Shown in pieces: positions 1 through 9,723 of a stretch of DNA of 64,000 nucleotides. Under the pieces are notes generated by a model. That model saw nothing but the letters and a program-made list of their open reading frames with translations, had not been told where the DNA came from and did no database searches. The position numbers and the translations under genes are program-made. The stretch is from Eubacteriales bacterium (lineage in GTDB: Bacteria; Bacillota; Clostridia; Oscillospirales; CAG-272), in the NCBI GenBank assembly GCA_045645405.1, contig JAZRIQ010000039.1, positions 374-64,373 on the forward strand, read 5' to 3'. The stretch's first letter is position 1; the number at the start of each line of letters is the position of its first letter.

Positions 1-11
1 TGAGTCTCTCT

Positions 12-87
12 TGGCGCGCCCTGGGAGATTCGAACTCTCGACCTACCGGTTCGTAGCCGGGCACTCTATCCGCTGAGCTAAGGGCGC
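12..87 (-). tRNA. tRNA-Arg (anticodon ACG)
   Basis: Reverse complement reads GCGCCCT-TA-GCTC..GAGT..CCCGG-CTACGAA-CCGG..GTTCGAATC..AGGGCGC-G-CCA. This is a 76-nt cloverleaf with an encoded CCA. Confidence 0.9.
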
Positions 88-102
88 TTAATTGCAGAAA
101 AT

Positions 103-131
103 ATGATAGCACAGTTTTTGTCAGTTGTCAA
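103..131 (-). promoter_or_regulatory. sigma-70 type promoter for tRNA-Arg
   Basis: Minus strand reads TTGACA (131-126), a 17-nt spacer, then TATCAT (108-103), about 15 nt upstream of the tRNA 5' end. Confidence 0.6.
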
Positions 132-244
132 GTGCTTTTTGAAATTTTATATAAATATATGTTTAGTAGCCTAAAAGGAGCAGCTCTGTTTGACGCTAAA
201 TTTGCGGTTGAGATAAGAGGGATTGATTGAGAGGGGTGGACATA

Positions 245-269
245 TAAAAAAGCAAGACGCACTTGCTTT
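245..269 (-). terminator. rho-independent terminator of the 1176-aa lipoprotein gene
   Basis: Hairpin aagcaag/cttgctt (250-256 / 262-268) followed by a T-run on the minus strand, 25 nt after the stop codon at 294. Confidence 0.7.
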
Positions 270-293
270 AGCAAATGCGCCTTGAAATTTTAT

Positions 294-3200
294 TTATTGA
301 GCTTTTGTGATGACAATGTCGCCACAGTCAGGAACAGCGTCAACGTAGAGGAAGCCGTCCATAATTGTGCAGTTAGCGACTGTCATATTGTCCTTGTATT
401 CCTCTTTTGTTACAAGCTGGATAGCTTTACCGCCCTGTGTAACTGTTACGTTTGTCCAATCGTCCGGAATGTCAACCTTGATGGTTAATGCGTGGTTGAA
501 CATATAGTCGGTAAGGTCGTCTGTAAGAGTTAGGGTGATTGAGGAATCTGTGATTTCCTTTGTATCAACGTGAGCATTTAAGGACTCCTTGAGATACTGT
601 GTAAGGTTGGTATATGAGCATACCCAGAGGCCTTGCTTCTTTAAGTATTCATACTTGGAAATAGTTGAAACGTACGATGAGTGGATTAAGCCGCCGCGAT
701 AGTAGGTTTCCTTCTCAAGAGAGTGAATACATTCAACGGTGAATGCATTCTTTGAAAGAAGCTCGTCAATTACCTTTTCATAAGAGCCTTTTGACGTGTG
801 GAGAAGCTGATACTTACCTGTGCCGTCAGCCTTGAAGGTGTAGGCTTTTGTTACAGGGTCAAAATCATAAGAACCGCCCTCAAACCAAGTAAATATCATA
901 GTTTCCGGATCGTACATATAGGAGCCCTTTGCGCCGTTTTCTACCGTTGATTGGTCAACGAGAGTTCCTGCTGTTGTGTCGTAAACAAAATTGGACTTTA
1001 GCTCGGTTTTCTTTACAAACTTGTATTCATCAGCAGCGTTTCTTTCTGTGAAGGTTCCGTTAGCGGCGATATTGTGAACAAGCACGTATTCGCCGGAGTC
1101 GTTTTCAACGAAGGAATCGTAGTTTGCAGCCTTGTATGAGCCCTTTGTTGTCCATTCAACAGTATAAGACTTGTAGGTTTGAACAACTCCGTCCTTTATT
1201 ACATCCTCACCCTTATCGTTCTTTTCGTTCTTGATTTCAATAGTCACCTTATAGGTACCGCCTGTTGAGCCGTTAGCTACAAGAACGTAGTTACCCTCTG
1301 TTTGGTCTGACTTGGAGGCGTAGCAGTTAATGCTTCCCCATGCCTTTTTGGTTGTAAGATCGGAGATAAGGTTGATGTAGCTTGGACCGCCGTTACGTCC
1401 TGATGCCATAAGGTTGGTTACGTAGTCGGCTGTGCTTGCTGAGGTAGTTCCGTTAGGAGTTGCAAAGGTAAGAATTTGCTGTCCGCGATATTTTGCCATA
1501 AACCAGAAATGCGCCTTATCAACGTCGTTGAGCATACTGTTTTCGCTTATCTTACCTGCGTAAATACCTGCGTGCTTATATGAGTGTGAGCCTAAGTCGA
1601 ATGCGCCTGTTGCGAACATTTCCTGCCATTCTGAAACGTAGCCGTCAGAGAAGGTAATAGACATATTCATAGTAGCCTTGTAGTGGTACTTTTCGAATTG
1701 CTTAATTGACCATTTGCAAGCCTCGATATAGTTACCGTCGTCATAGGTTTGCGCCCATGCTGAAGGAGCGTTCTTGTAATATGGAGTAATTGTTGCTTCA
1801 ACGTAGCTTTCGGTGTATGTAACTTGTCTTGTAACGCCGCAATTGTTTGCGCAGGATGCGCTCTTTATACCTTTAGCTGTGCCTTGGGCTGCAGTTGTAA
1901 TTTCATAAGCGCCGAATTTGTGTCCAAGCGCTGAGGTCGCATCTGTACGGAACGTAAAATCACAAGCCTGACACTTGTAGGTTGTATAGCCTGCTGTTGT
2001 ACAGGTTGGTGCTACAACGCCGTTTGTAACAGGTCTTGCGCTTGGGTGCTTACAGCCTGTGTAATCGTTAACGTTATTTGCAATTTCAAAAATAGTATAT
2101 GGCTCGAAGCAGTAAAGCTTACTGTTCCAATACTGTGGCTCGGAAAGGAAGTCAATTCTTATTTGGCTTGCTTTTTGTAAGAGCGGAATTGTAAACATAC
2201 AAGCTATGCCGCCTGCACCGTTGTCATCGCTTACCTCGATAAACTGAACGGTGTCTGTATTTTGCTTATTGCTTGGAACTGTGTACGTGCCAATTTCCTT
2301 CCACTCACCGTTTTGGAAAATTGTCAGCTTAAGAGTTCTGCCTGCGTGGGCAGGAGTTGCAAACTGAACCGCGGAGAGGAATTTTTCTCCCGGGAAGGTT
2401 AATGTTGCATACGCTTCGCTTGCGTATCTCCAGCCTGATGTCCAGCTTGAGTTAATATCGCCGTCAACAAGAGCGTCAGCACCGCCTGCATAGTCGTTAT
2501 ACTTGCCTGATACCGATGCTTCAGCGCTGCTTAAGAGAGAGCCTGCTACTCTTACGTTATCGGTATTTGCAAACACTTGAATTTCGTAAACCATAGCGGG
2601 AGCAAATCTTGTTGAATAAGATACGGTTGCCTTTATCTTGCTTGCCATAATGGGGGAGTCAAGCTCAAGCATAATTGAGCCGTTTTGACCGCTTGATACG
2701 GCGTTTTTATCTGACATTTCGCCAATTGAAACCCATTTGCCGCCTTCTGCAAGACTTTCGTCCTTAACGAATGCTTCAATTGTGTATGAAACGTAGCAGT
2801 CATCTCCAAGTCCCCAGTTAGAGTAATAAGGAACTACTAAATTTAAAGCGCCGATTTGGAAAAAGTCGCCAAAGTTTAGTTCAAAATAATCGCTTGAGAA
2901 ATCAGAGCCGTCAGCCAACGTGTCTGCACTCCAATATGTGCCAAGGGCGTCGTCGTTTATGTTAGAGCCTACGCAAACTGTGTAGTAGGAGGAAACGTTT
3001 ACGCCTGCATAGCCTGCAATATTTACGTAAGGAGTTTGTCCCTTATAGAGATAGTTATCTATTTTGAGTGAATCAAGAATAGCGGTGCCTGTTACAAGGG
3101 CAGATATGGCAGCGGATTTTGTTCCTTTACATACCTGACAGGTAGCAACGCTGATGCCCGGAGTGTAATCGGTTGGGATTATTGTGTACTTATAGTCGTC

Positions 3201-3824
3201 TCTGCCGTCGCCGTTAGTGTCGTATTGGTGCTTACCTGTGGCGTTGATATAGTCGTAGCGTAAAGGCTCTGACGTACAATTTTCGTTAGAGCAAGCCTTT
3301 TCCGTATATCCTCTTTCTGCACAGGTAGGAGGAACTATAACCTCTGTTTCGTTATGTCCGTAAGCCTTAACAAGCTCGGTTTTTGTTCTTCTACATAACG
3401 TACATCTGAAATACGTAATACCGTCTCTTGTGCAGGTTGCTTCCGTGCAATCGTCAAGACGGTTCTGGTCGAGCTGATAATCATGCTCGCAGGTGCTTGT
3501 GGAAGAATCGTCATCGTTTGAGCCAACGCCCCACCAAGCGGTAAGAGTCATATCTTCCTTTACGGTATCTTCGTCAAAATCCCATTTTGAGGAGGATTTT
3601 TTTGAAGCATACCAGCCTTTAAGATAGTAGCCCTCTTTAGAAATCTCGGGAGCTTTAATTTTTGAGCCTTCTTTAGCCGTGATAGTTGTTCTTCCTTTCA
3701 TCACACCGCCGTCGGGATCAAAGGTTATTGTGTATTTTGGCGTGCTGTCACAGGAGGCGAACACCGCCACGATACAAGCTAAACAAGCGAGAACTAAAAG
3801 AAGGGAAATTATTTTCTTTTTCAT
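294..3824 (-). CDS. Large surface lipoprotein with an InlB B-repeat, Cys/His mini-modules, two discoidin (F5/8 type C)-like domains and a NodB/CE4 polysaccharide-deacetylase-like domain
   Basis: 1176-aa ORF. Signal peptide plus lipobox-like VFASC. GYYLKGWY B-repeat motif. TYWSAD and DGDINSSWTSGW discoidin-like motifs. TYDDG and GSHSYKH match NodB motifs 1 and 2. GAGGT RBS lies 7 nt upstream of the ATG. Confidence 0.8.
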   Translation of the reverse strand: MKKKIISLLLVLACLACIVAVFASCDSTPKYTITFDPDGGVMKGRTTITAKEGSKIKAPEISKEGYYLKGWYASKKSSSKWDFDEDTVKEDMTLTAWWGVGSNDDDSSTSTCEHDYQLDQNRLDDCTEATCTRDGITYFRCTLCRRTKTELVKAYGHNETEVIVPPTCAERGYTEKACSNENCTSEPLRYDYINATGKHQYDTNGDGRDDYKYTIIPTDYTPGISVATCQVCKGTKSAAISALVTGTAILDSLKIDNYLYKGQTPYVNIAGYAGVNVSSYYTVCVGSNINDDALGTYWSADTLADGSDFSSDYFELNFGDFFQIGALNLVVPYYSNWGLGDDCYVSYTIEAFVKDESLAEGGKWVSIGEMSDKNAVSSGQNGSIMLELDSPIMASKIKATVSYSTRFAPAMVYEIQVFANTDNVRVAGSLLSSAEASVSGKYNDYAGGADALVDGDINSSWTSGWRYASEAYATLTFPGEKFLSAVQFATPAHAGRTLKLTIFQNGEWKEIGTYTVPSNKQNTDTVQFIEVSDDNGAGGIACMFTIPLLQKASQIRIDFLSEPQYWNSKLYCFEPYTIFEIANNVNDYTGCKHPSARPVTNGVVAPTCTTAGYTTYKCQACDFTFRTDATSALGHKFGAYEITTAAQGTAKGIKSASCANNCGVTRQVTYTESYVEATITPYYKNAPSAWAQTYDDGNYIEACKWSIKQFEKYHYKATMNMSITFSDGYVSEWQEMFATGAFDLGSHSYKHAGIYAGKISENSMLNDVDKAHFWFMAKYRGQQILTFATPNGTTSASTADYVTNLMASGRNGGPSYINLISDLTTKKAWGSINCYASKSDQTEGNYVLVANGSTGGTYKVTIEIKNEKNDKGEDVIKDGVVQTYKSYTVEWTTKGSYKAANYDSFVENDSGEYVLVHNIAANGTFTERNAADEYKFVKKTELKSNFVYDTTAGTLVDQSTVENGAKGSYMYDPETMIFTWFEGGSYDFDPVTKAYTFKADGTGKYQLLHTSKGSYEKVIDELLSKNAFTVECIHSLEKETYYRGGLIHSSYVSTISKYEYLKKQGLWVCSYTNLTQYLKESLNAHVDTKEITDSSITLTLTDDLTDYMFNHALTIKVDIPDDWTNVTVTQGGKAIQLVTKEEYKDNMTVANCTIMDGFLYVDAVPDCGDIVITKAQ

Positions 3825-3844
3825 TATTTACCTCATGTTTTATT

Positions 3845-3877
3845 CAAAAATGCTCTCTCGAAGCCGAGAGAGCATTT
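3845..3877 (-). terminator. intercistronic hairpin/terminator between the two lipoprotein genes
   Basis: Perfect 11-bp stem atgctctctcg/cgagagagcat with loop aagc, followed by TTTTT on the minus strand. It sits about 20 nt upstream of the start of the 294..3824 gene. Confidence 0.7.
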
Positions 3878-3948
3878 ATTCATTGTCTTAAGCTATATCG
3901 GCTATATTTCCGAATATATTCTTTCAAATATTATTCTTAAGTGCTGAA

Positions 3949-5151
3949 TTATTTGTCAGTAGGCTTCTTACCGAAAGCAACCTCTGTCCAGTAGTCCTGA
4001 CCGATTGAGCAGCTTTCCATAAAGATTTCAACCTTTGTGATAACCTTGCCCTCGTTGTCGAAGGAGCAGAATCCGTCAGCCTTGCTGCTGAATGAACCAA
4101 CGCCTGTACCTGGGTTACCTGTTGTACCGTCCTCATAAGTTACGGTAACTGTGTAGCTTGCTGCGCCAAGACCTGTTACGTAGATAATATCAATAGCCAT
4201 TGGAGCCTCGAAATCGAAGGTAACGGTGATTGAGCCTTTACCTGTTCCGCAGAAGCACGAAGAGCCGTCTTCTTGCAAAACACCGTCGATAAGAACGCCG
4301 GGACCACTTCTATCCCAAACGTCACCGTCGATAGTTGGAGTCTTACCAACGCCAAGAGCCTTGGTGGTTACGTTTTCAAAGTCCTCGAAATCCTGTTCGT
4401 TACATTCACGGCAGGTACGTACTCTTTGGAGGTACGCTTCATCCCACTTTGTCCACTTGTGACCTAAAGCAGGTTGATTTTCCTTATATTTGATGTGTCC
4501 GCATGTTAAGCATGTATTTGAGTCGATAGATGCAGTATCGCAGGATGCTGTTGATTCAGGAGTCCAGCCTGCCCAGTCGTGGTCGTCCTTGCCACTTGTA
4601 CAGTAAACGATCATTGTCCATTTAGCAATTAAAATGGTGCTGTCCTTGATTTTTGTTGTTTGTCTGTACTGTGTTGTACGGTCGCTTTCCAAGTACCAGC
4701 CTGCAAATTCATAGCCTTCCTTTTCAGGGTTAGCAGGTAAAGTACCGAGTGTTGCGCCCTTTGTAACGTACTTAATGTAAGAGCCGTCAATGCCCTCGAA
4801 TACGCCACCGTCCGGGTCGAATTCAACTGTTACGGAGTTTTCGTCAACCTCCCATTTAGCAACAAGTGTCATATCGTAAGGAACGAGGTCCTTAGCAGAA
4901 AACTTATCTTCGAAATTAAGATCGTCCTCATCGAACCAGCCCTTGAATATGTGACCTTCTTTTGTTGGGTTTGGAAGCTTACCGATTACTTCGCCTTGTT
5001 TCACCTTACGAGTTGCATCCTTTTCGTCAAGCACGCCGCCGTTTGCATCAAAATAAACGGTGTAGCTTGTTCCGCAGGCAACAACAAATGGAAGAACCAT
5101 AATGCAGAGAATAGCAAGACAAATAAGCTTTGTTAATGTACTCTTTTTCAT
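3949..5151 (-). CDS. Surface lipoprotein with three InlB B-repeats, a Cys/His mini-module and a C-terminal beta-sandwich-like domain
   Basis: 400-aa ORF. Signal peptide plus lipobox VVAC-G. B-repeat motifs GHIFKGWF and GYEFAGWY. Cys-rich segment CLTCGH..ALGH..CRECN. GGAG RBS. Confidence 0.8.
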   Translation of the reverse strand: MKKSTLTKLICLAILCIMVLPFVVACGTSYTVYFDANGGVLDEKDATRKVKQGEVIGKLPNPTKEGHIFKGWFDEDDLNFEDKFSAKDLVPYDMTLVAKWEVDENSVTVEFDPDGGVFEGIDGSYIKYVTKGATLGTLPANPEKEGYEFAGWYLESDRTTQYRQTTKIKDSTILIAKWTMIVYCTSGKDDHDWAGWTPESTASCDTASIDSNTCLTCGHIKYKENQPALGHKWTKWDEAYLQRVRTCRECNEQDFEDFENVTTKALGVGKTPTIDGDVWDRSGPGVLIDGVLQEDGSSCFCGTGKGSITVTFDFEAPMAIDIIYVTGLGAASYTVTVTYEDGTTGNPGTGVGSFSSKADGFCSFDNEGKVITKVEIFMESCSIGQDYWTEVAFGKKPTDK

Positions 5152-5217
5152 TTGTTTTTACTCCTTTTAAGTTTTTATGAAAAATGCATGGGCAACTTGC
5201 CCTTAGTTTGCGTAGAT

Positions 5218-5246
5218 ATTATAGCATATAAGGGAAACAAAATCAA
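5218..5246 (-). promoter_or_regulatory. sigma-70 type promoter of the lipoprotein operon
   Basis: Minus strand reads TTGATT (5246-5241), 17 nt, then TATAAT (5223-5218). Confidence 0.55.
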
Positions 5247-5296
5247 TCACAAGGGGGGCTTTTGACGATTTTTGTCCTTTTGCACAATATTGAAAA

Positions 5297-5330
5297 TAAA
5301 AAAAGCACAAAACCAAGAACGGTTTTGTGC
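5297..5330 (-). terminator. rho-independent terminator after the DUF4886-like gene
   Basis: Stem gcacaaaacc/ggttttgtgc followed by T7 on the minus strand. Confidence 0.75.
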
Positions 5331-5352
5331 AAGTTTTACAAACTGCTGTCTG

Positions 5353-6078
5353 TTATACTATTTTAGGTTTTATTTGCTCGGCGATTTCCTTTAGCTTTTT
5401 GCAAATTTCGGGATTTGTGTCCTCCGGCTCGTAGGTTACTGCTGTTGCGCTTTTGCCCGTTACGTATTTGAACATAACAAGTCCTGCCAAATATCTTCCG
5501 TAATCTAACGACAAATGAAAGCCGTCACGGGTGATAGGATTTGTGCGCTCGTCAAATTCGGGCAGTCTTCTTGCTTCTTCAACAGCATCTCCGTTAGGAA
5601 TTATTTCAAGATTGTATTTTTTACAAAGTTCGGAAGAAGCAGATACAATGGCGTCAAACATTTTCGGACGGGAGTTTTCGTAATTTACAAATCCTCCGTG
5701 GTCGGAAAAATCGCTATATGCCCAGGTTCTGTGAAAAACTATTTTAGCATCGGGACAAGCACCCTTGATATAGCCGAGAATGTAGGGAAGGTACGGCTCA
5801 TAAGTTTCTGCCATTCCCGAATAGTGGCTTACCTGTTGAACTGATACAACGTCCCATTTCTTTTTGCCAAGAGCTTCTTTTACGGAAATCATACGGAGCA
5901 TTCTGCCGTTTTTTTGATACTCGTAGTCTGCCTTGTCCTCAATGATATTATTGTAGTGAGTTTCCAAGGAGCAGCCGCCAATATAAAGGTTTCTTACGTA
6001 AAGCTCTTCGTCGGAAATTTGGTGGAGGTATCTCGTTGCGTCCTGGGAAAAGCTGTTACCGATACATAATACGTTCAT
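5353..6078 (-). CDS. SGNH/GDSL-like hydrolase, DUF4886-type
   Basis: 241-aa ORF. The N-terminal CIGNSFSQDA block is typical of the DUF4886/SGNH fold. No signal peptide. Confidence 0.6.
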   Translation of the reverse strand: MNVLCIGNSFSQDATRYLHQISDEELYVRNLYIGGCSLETHYNNIIEDKADYEYQKNGRMLRMISVKEALGKKKWDVVSVQQVSHYSGMAETYEPYLPYILGYIKGACPDAKIVFHRTWAYSDFSDHGGFVNYENSRPKMFDAIVSASSELCKKYNLEIIPNGDAVEEARRLPEFDERTNPITRDGFHLSLDYGRYLAGLVMFKYVTGKSATAVTYEPEDTNPEICKKLKEIAEQIKPKIV

Positions 6079-6126
6079 TGTTTAATTCCTTCCAAGGTGT
6101 TTTTTCTAATTATAATCCCAAACTCT

Positions 6127-7095
6127 TTACTTGTCAAGTGCGAGAGAAGCGTTTATTCCTTGATACGAGCTTCTTCTATATAGCTCCTTGTCAATGTCGT
6201 TTATTACCGTTGTTTTTTTCTTTGACCATTCGGGAGCTAAAAGTCCGTCGGCTATACCGTCTCCCGTAACACGCTCGATTACTATATCTGCAGGGAGAAG
6301 CTCAAGCTGGTCGCAAACAGTTTTGATATATTGGTCACGCTCCATTGGCGTATATTCACCGTTTTTGTACATTTTTGCAAGAGGAGTTTTATCTATTACG
6401 TGAAGGAGGTGAATTTTTACTAAATCGGGATGTAATTCGGCTACGTCCCTTACTGTTTTTATCATGTCATCATAGCTTTCGCCCGGCAAGCCGTTAATGA
6501 TATGAACTCCGATTTTTATTTCCGGAGCTATTTTTCTTAAGCGCAAAAAGCAATCGACAAAGGTAGCAAAGGAGTGAGCGCGGTTAATTAGCTCGGCTGT
6601 TTTATCATTGGAGCTTTGCAAGCCCAGCTCCACAGTTATGGGAAGCTTTTTTGCAAGATTTTTCAAAACCAGAATTTTCTCGTCCTCAAGGCAGTCAGCT
6701 CTTGTGGCAACGTCCAGCATTACCGCTCCCTCAAATGATGCAATTTCCGAAGTGATTTTTTCTAATTGGACGGCAGACGTGTGGGTATTTGTATACGACT
6801 GCATATATGGGATAAAGGCATCTGTGTCCCATTTTTTGCGTGCAAGCTCTATGCCCTTTGAGTATTGATCCTTGGGGTTTTTAGTAGCTATACAGTTTAT
6901 GCTTCTGCTTCCACTTCCGCAGTATATGCAGCCGCCGTAGCTTACTGTGCCATCAATGTTAGGGCAGGTGAAGCCACAATCCAAAGTGATTTTTGCGCAC
7001 TTTTTGCCAAAGGTGTGTCTTAAGTAATACTCGTAGGTGTGGTAGCGCTTGTTTGTGTCGCTGTATTTGAAGGGATTCGTTAAGGCTTGGGACAT
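6127..7095 (-). CDS. TIGR01212-family radical SAM protein (YhcC-like)
   Basis: 322-aa ORF with CPNIDGTVSYGGCIYC, which is a CX(n)CxxC radical-SAM cluster in the TIGR01212 arrangement. GGAG RBS. Confidence 0.8.
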   Translation of the reverse strand: MSQALTNPFKYSDTNKRYHTYEYYLRHTFGKKCAKITLDCGFTCPNIDGTVSYGGCIYCGSGSRSINCIATKNPKDQYSKGIELARKKWDTDAFIPYMQSYTNTHTSAVQLEKITSEIASFEGAVMLDVATRADCLEDEKILVLKNLAKKLPITVELGLQSSNDKTAELINRAHSFATFVDCFLRLRKIAPEIKIGVHIINGLPGESYDDMIKTVRDVAELHPDLVKIHLLHVIDKTPLAKMYKNGEYTPMERDQYIKTVCDQLELLPADIVIERVTGDGIADGLLAPEWSKKKTTVINDIDKELYRRSSYQGINASLALDK

Positions 7096-7126
7096 ATTTT
7101 CTCCTTTCGCTTTGAATTTGGACCAT

Positions 7127-7164
7127 TAAAAAGCAAAAACCTTCCCAAGCAACGCTAAGGAAGG
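7127..7164 (-). terminator. terminator hairpin directly after tRNA-Thr
   Basis: Stem ccttcc/ggaagg followed by TTTTTGCTTTTT on the minus strand. It lies only about 30 nt upstream of the radical-SAM start codon. Confidence 0.55.
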
Positions 7165-7165
7165 C

Positions 7166-7241
7166 TGGAGCTACTAGCCAGAATCGAACTGGCGACCTCA
7201 TCCTTACCAAGGATGTGCTCTACCAACTGAGCCATAGTAGC
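7166..7241 (-). tRNA. tRNA-Thr (anticodon GGT)
   Basis: Reverse complement reads GCTACTA..CATCC-TTGGTAA-GGATG..GCCAG-TTCGATT-CTGGC-TAGTAGC-T-CCA. 76 nt. Confidence 0.92.
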
Positions 7242-7258
7242 ATTTTGTTTGCTTATGT

Positions 7259-7287
7259 ATTATAACAGAATAAAAACGGTTTGTCAA
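7259..7287 (-). promoter_or_regulatory. consensus sigma-70 promoter for tRNA-Thr
   Basis: Minus strand reads TTGACA (7287-7282), 17 nt, then TATAAT (7264-7259). Confidence 0.7.
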
Positions 7288-7362
7288 GATATTTTTTTCA
7301 GTATCGTGATTTATTAACCTATTTTCTTTTTGGACATAGAATGCTTATAGAAAAGGGGTGGT

Positions 7363-8379
7363 ATGATGAAAAGGACAGTATGCGTAATTTTTGGGGGAAG
7401 AAGCGAGGAATACGAGGTTTCGTTGCGCTCTGCCTATTCGGTGCTTAAAGAAATTGACGTCGATAAGTATGAGGTTATAAAAATAGGCATAACCAAGGAG
7501 GGAAAATTTTTTATATTTGAGGGAGAAAACGAGGATATATTAAACGATAGGTGGCAAGAGGCGAAAAAGTGCGTAAAAATCGATTTTTCATTAGGACGTG
7601 TGGATAATTTGCCCAAAATAGACGTTGTTTTTCCTGTGGTTCACGGTAGCTTTTGTGAGGACGGAAGATTACAAGCCATATTTGAGACGTTAAATTTAAA
7701 ATACGTAGGCTCTGACAGCCGTGCGTCGTTTTTATGTATGGATAAGCACCTTTGCAAGCTGGTTGCCAAGGAGTTGGGAATTAAGACGGCAAATGCTATT
7801 TGCGTAACCAAGGGAAAGGAAAATATAGATAGCAAATTAGAGGAAATAGCTAAAAAAATCAGCTATCCTGTGTTTGTAAAGCCTGCTTTGTCGGGCTCGT
7901 CAAGAGGGGCATCAAGAGTAACGGACAGGAACTTGCTTATTCCTGCGCTTTACGAGGCGTTTAAGTATTCAAACAAGGCTCTTATAGAGGAATACGTTAA
8001 GGGAACGGAATGTGAAATAGGCGTTTTAGAGGACGAAAACGGGAACGTTTTACTTAGCGAGGTGGGCGCAATCTTCTACAACAGCGAATTTTACGATTAC
8101 GAAACGAAATATTTAAATAACGACACGTTATATCAAATTCCTGCCAAGCTACCCGATAAAGTAACAGAAAAAATCAAGGCTTATGCGATGAAGCTTTTTT
8201 CGGAGCTTAATTGCCGCTCTCTTGCAAGAATTGATTTTTTTGTGACGGAGGAAGAAGAAATATATTTTAACGAAATCAACACCTTGCCCGGATTTACCAG
8301 TGCGAGTATGTATCAGAAGCTTTTTGCAAATAAGGGGTATTCCTTTGAAAAAATCATTGATACGTTATTAAATTTATAA
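7363..8379 (+). CDS. ddl: D-alanine--D-alanine ligase
   Basis: 338-aa ORF. N-terminal VIFGGRSEEYEVSLRSA and C-terminal EINTLPGFT are typical Ddl ATP-grasp signatures. Confidence 0.9.
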   Translation: MMKRTVCVIFGGRSEEYEVSLRSAYSVLKEIDVDKYEVIKIGITKEGKFFIFEGENEDILNDRWQEAKKCVKIDFSLGRVDNLPKIDVVFPVVHGSFCEDGRLQAIFETLNLKYVGSDSRASFLCMDKHLCKLVAKELGIKTANAICVTKGKENIDSKLEEIAKKISYPVFVKPALSGSSRGASRVTDRNLLIPALYEAFKYSNKALIEEYVKGTECEIGVLEDENGNVLLSEVGAIFYNSEFYDYETKYLNNDTLYQIPAKLPDKVTEKIKAYAMKLFSELNCRSLARIDFFVTEEEEIYFNEINTLPGFTSASMYQKLFANKGYSFEKIIDTLLNL

Positions 8380-8430
8380 AAGTCACTTGAAATAGTGCGC
8401 CAAAAAATATATAATATATAATGAGGTTTT

Positions 8431-9675
8431 ATGGATATAGGTCTTATCGGATTTGGTATATCAAATCAAGCGCTTTACAAGCATTTTAAAGGCTTACATA
8501 GAATAACTGTTCATAATGAAAAGGAAATTTCCTTGCCGTGTGGCGTGCAAGGAGCTTTCGGAAGTAATTATCTTGACTGCTCCGAGGACTTGGTTTTCCG
8601 CTCTCCCTCGGTGCGCCCTGACAGAATAAGGTCTTGTTCCCCCGTTATGTGCGAGGCGGAGTATGCTCTTGACAAATTGGGTGGAATAAAGATTTGCGTA
8701 ACCGGCTCGGACGGAAAAACAACTACGTCAAGCCTTATTTTCTCTGCATTACAGAGTGAGGGTGCATATCTTGGGGGAAATATAGGAAATCCGCTTATCA
8801 ATGCAATAGGCAGGGATTACCGATTTATCGTAAGTGAGCTTTCAAGCTTTCAGCTTATGGATTTTTCTCCTGCTTGCGACGTTTGCGTGATTACAAATAT
8901 AACGGAAAATCACTTGAATTATCACAAGGATATGAATGAATATATATCCTCAAAGGAAAATCTTCTGAAAAATGCAAAGAGGATAGTTTTAAATTACGAC
9001 GATGAGATTTTAAGAAAAATCGGTAAAAAATATGAGAACGTACGGTATTTTTCGCTAAAGGAAAGGTGCGACGCCTACGTTGAAGGCGGATACGTTTGTT
9101 TAAGAGGAAAGCGGCTTTTCAACGTTGACAGGCTGAAGCTTGTGGGAAATTTTAATCTTTTAAACGTACTGGCTGCGCTTTTGGCTGTTTGCGATTTTGT
9201 AAATTTGGATAAAGCCGTAGATTGCTTTTGCAATTTTTGCGGTGTGGAAAACAGAATGGAGCTTGTTTTGGAGAAAAACGGAATTAAATTCTATAATTCC
9301 TCTGCCGATACAACTCCGTCACGCTCCGTTGCCACCACGTCTTATTTTGATAAGTCAAGGCTGGTTGTGATTTTAGGCGGAAGCGACAAGGAGCTTTCCT
9401 ACGATATACTTAAGGACTGTCTTGCCAACGTAAAGGGAGTTGTTCTTTTGGGTGAGAACAAGGATAAAATACTTATGGCAATTGATGGAATAGATGCCAA
9501 AATTTTTACGGCAAATACGGTAGAGGAAGCTGTCAGCATTGGATACGGCTTATGTAACCGTGGGGATACGGTGCTTCTTTCTCCTGCTTCGGCAAGCTTT
9601 GATGCTTTCAGAGATTACAAGGAAAGAGGACAACGCTTTAAAAAAGCGGTCGTATCACTATTTAAACACGATTGA
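8431..9675 (+). CDS. murD: UDP-N-acetylmuramoyl-L-alanine--D-glutamate ligase
   Basis: 414-aa ORF. Mur ligase P-loop VTGSDGKTTTSSL and a C-terminal SPASASFD motif. Confidence 0.85.
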   Translation: MDIGLIGFGISNQALYKHFKGLHRITVHNEKEISLPCGVQGAFGSNYLDCSEDLVFRSPSVRPDRIRSCSPVMCEAEYALDKLGGIKICVTGSDGKTTTSSLIFSALQSEGAYLGGNIGNPLINAIGRDYRFIVSELSSFQLMDFSPACDVCVITNITENHLNYHKDMNEYISSKENLLKNAKRIVLNYDDEILRKIGKKYENVRYFSLKERCDAYVEGGYVCLRGKRLFNVDRLKLVGNFNLLNVLAALLAVCDFVNLDKAVDCFCNFCGVENRMELVLEKNGIKFYNSSADTTPSRSVATTSYFDKSRLVVILGGSDKELSYDILKDCLANVKGVVLLGENKDKILMAIDGIDAKIFTANTVEEAVSIGYGLCNRGDTVLLSPASASFDAFRDYKERGQRFKKAVVSLFKHD

Positions 9676-9723
9676 AAAATAAAAAATACCTTAAGCTTTT
9701 GCTTAAGGCAAAGAGGGATATAA

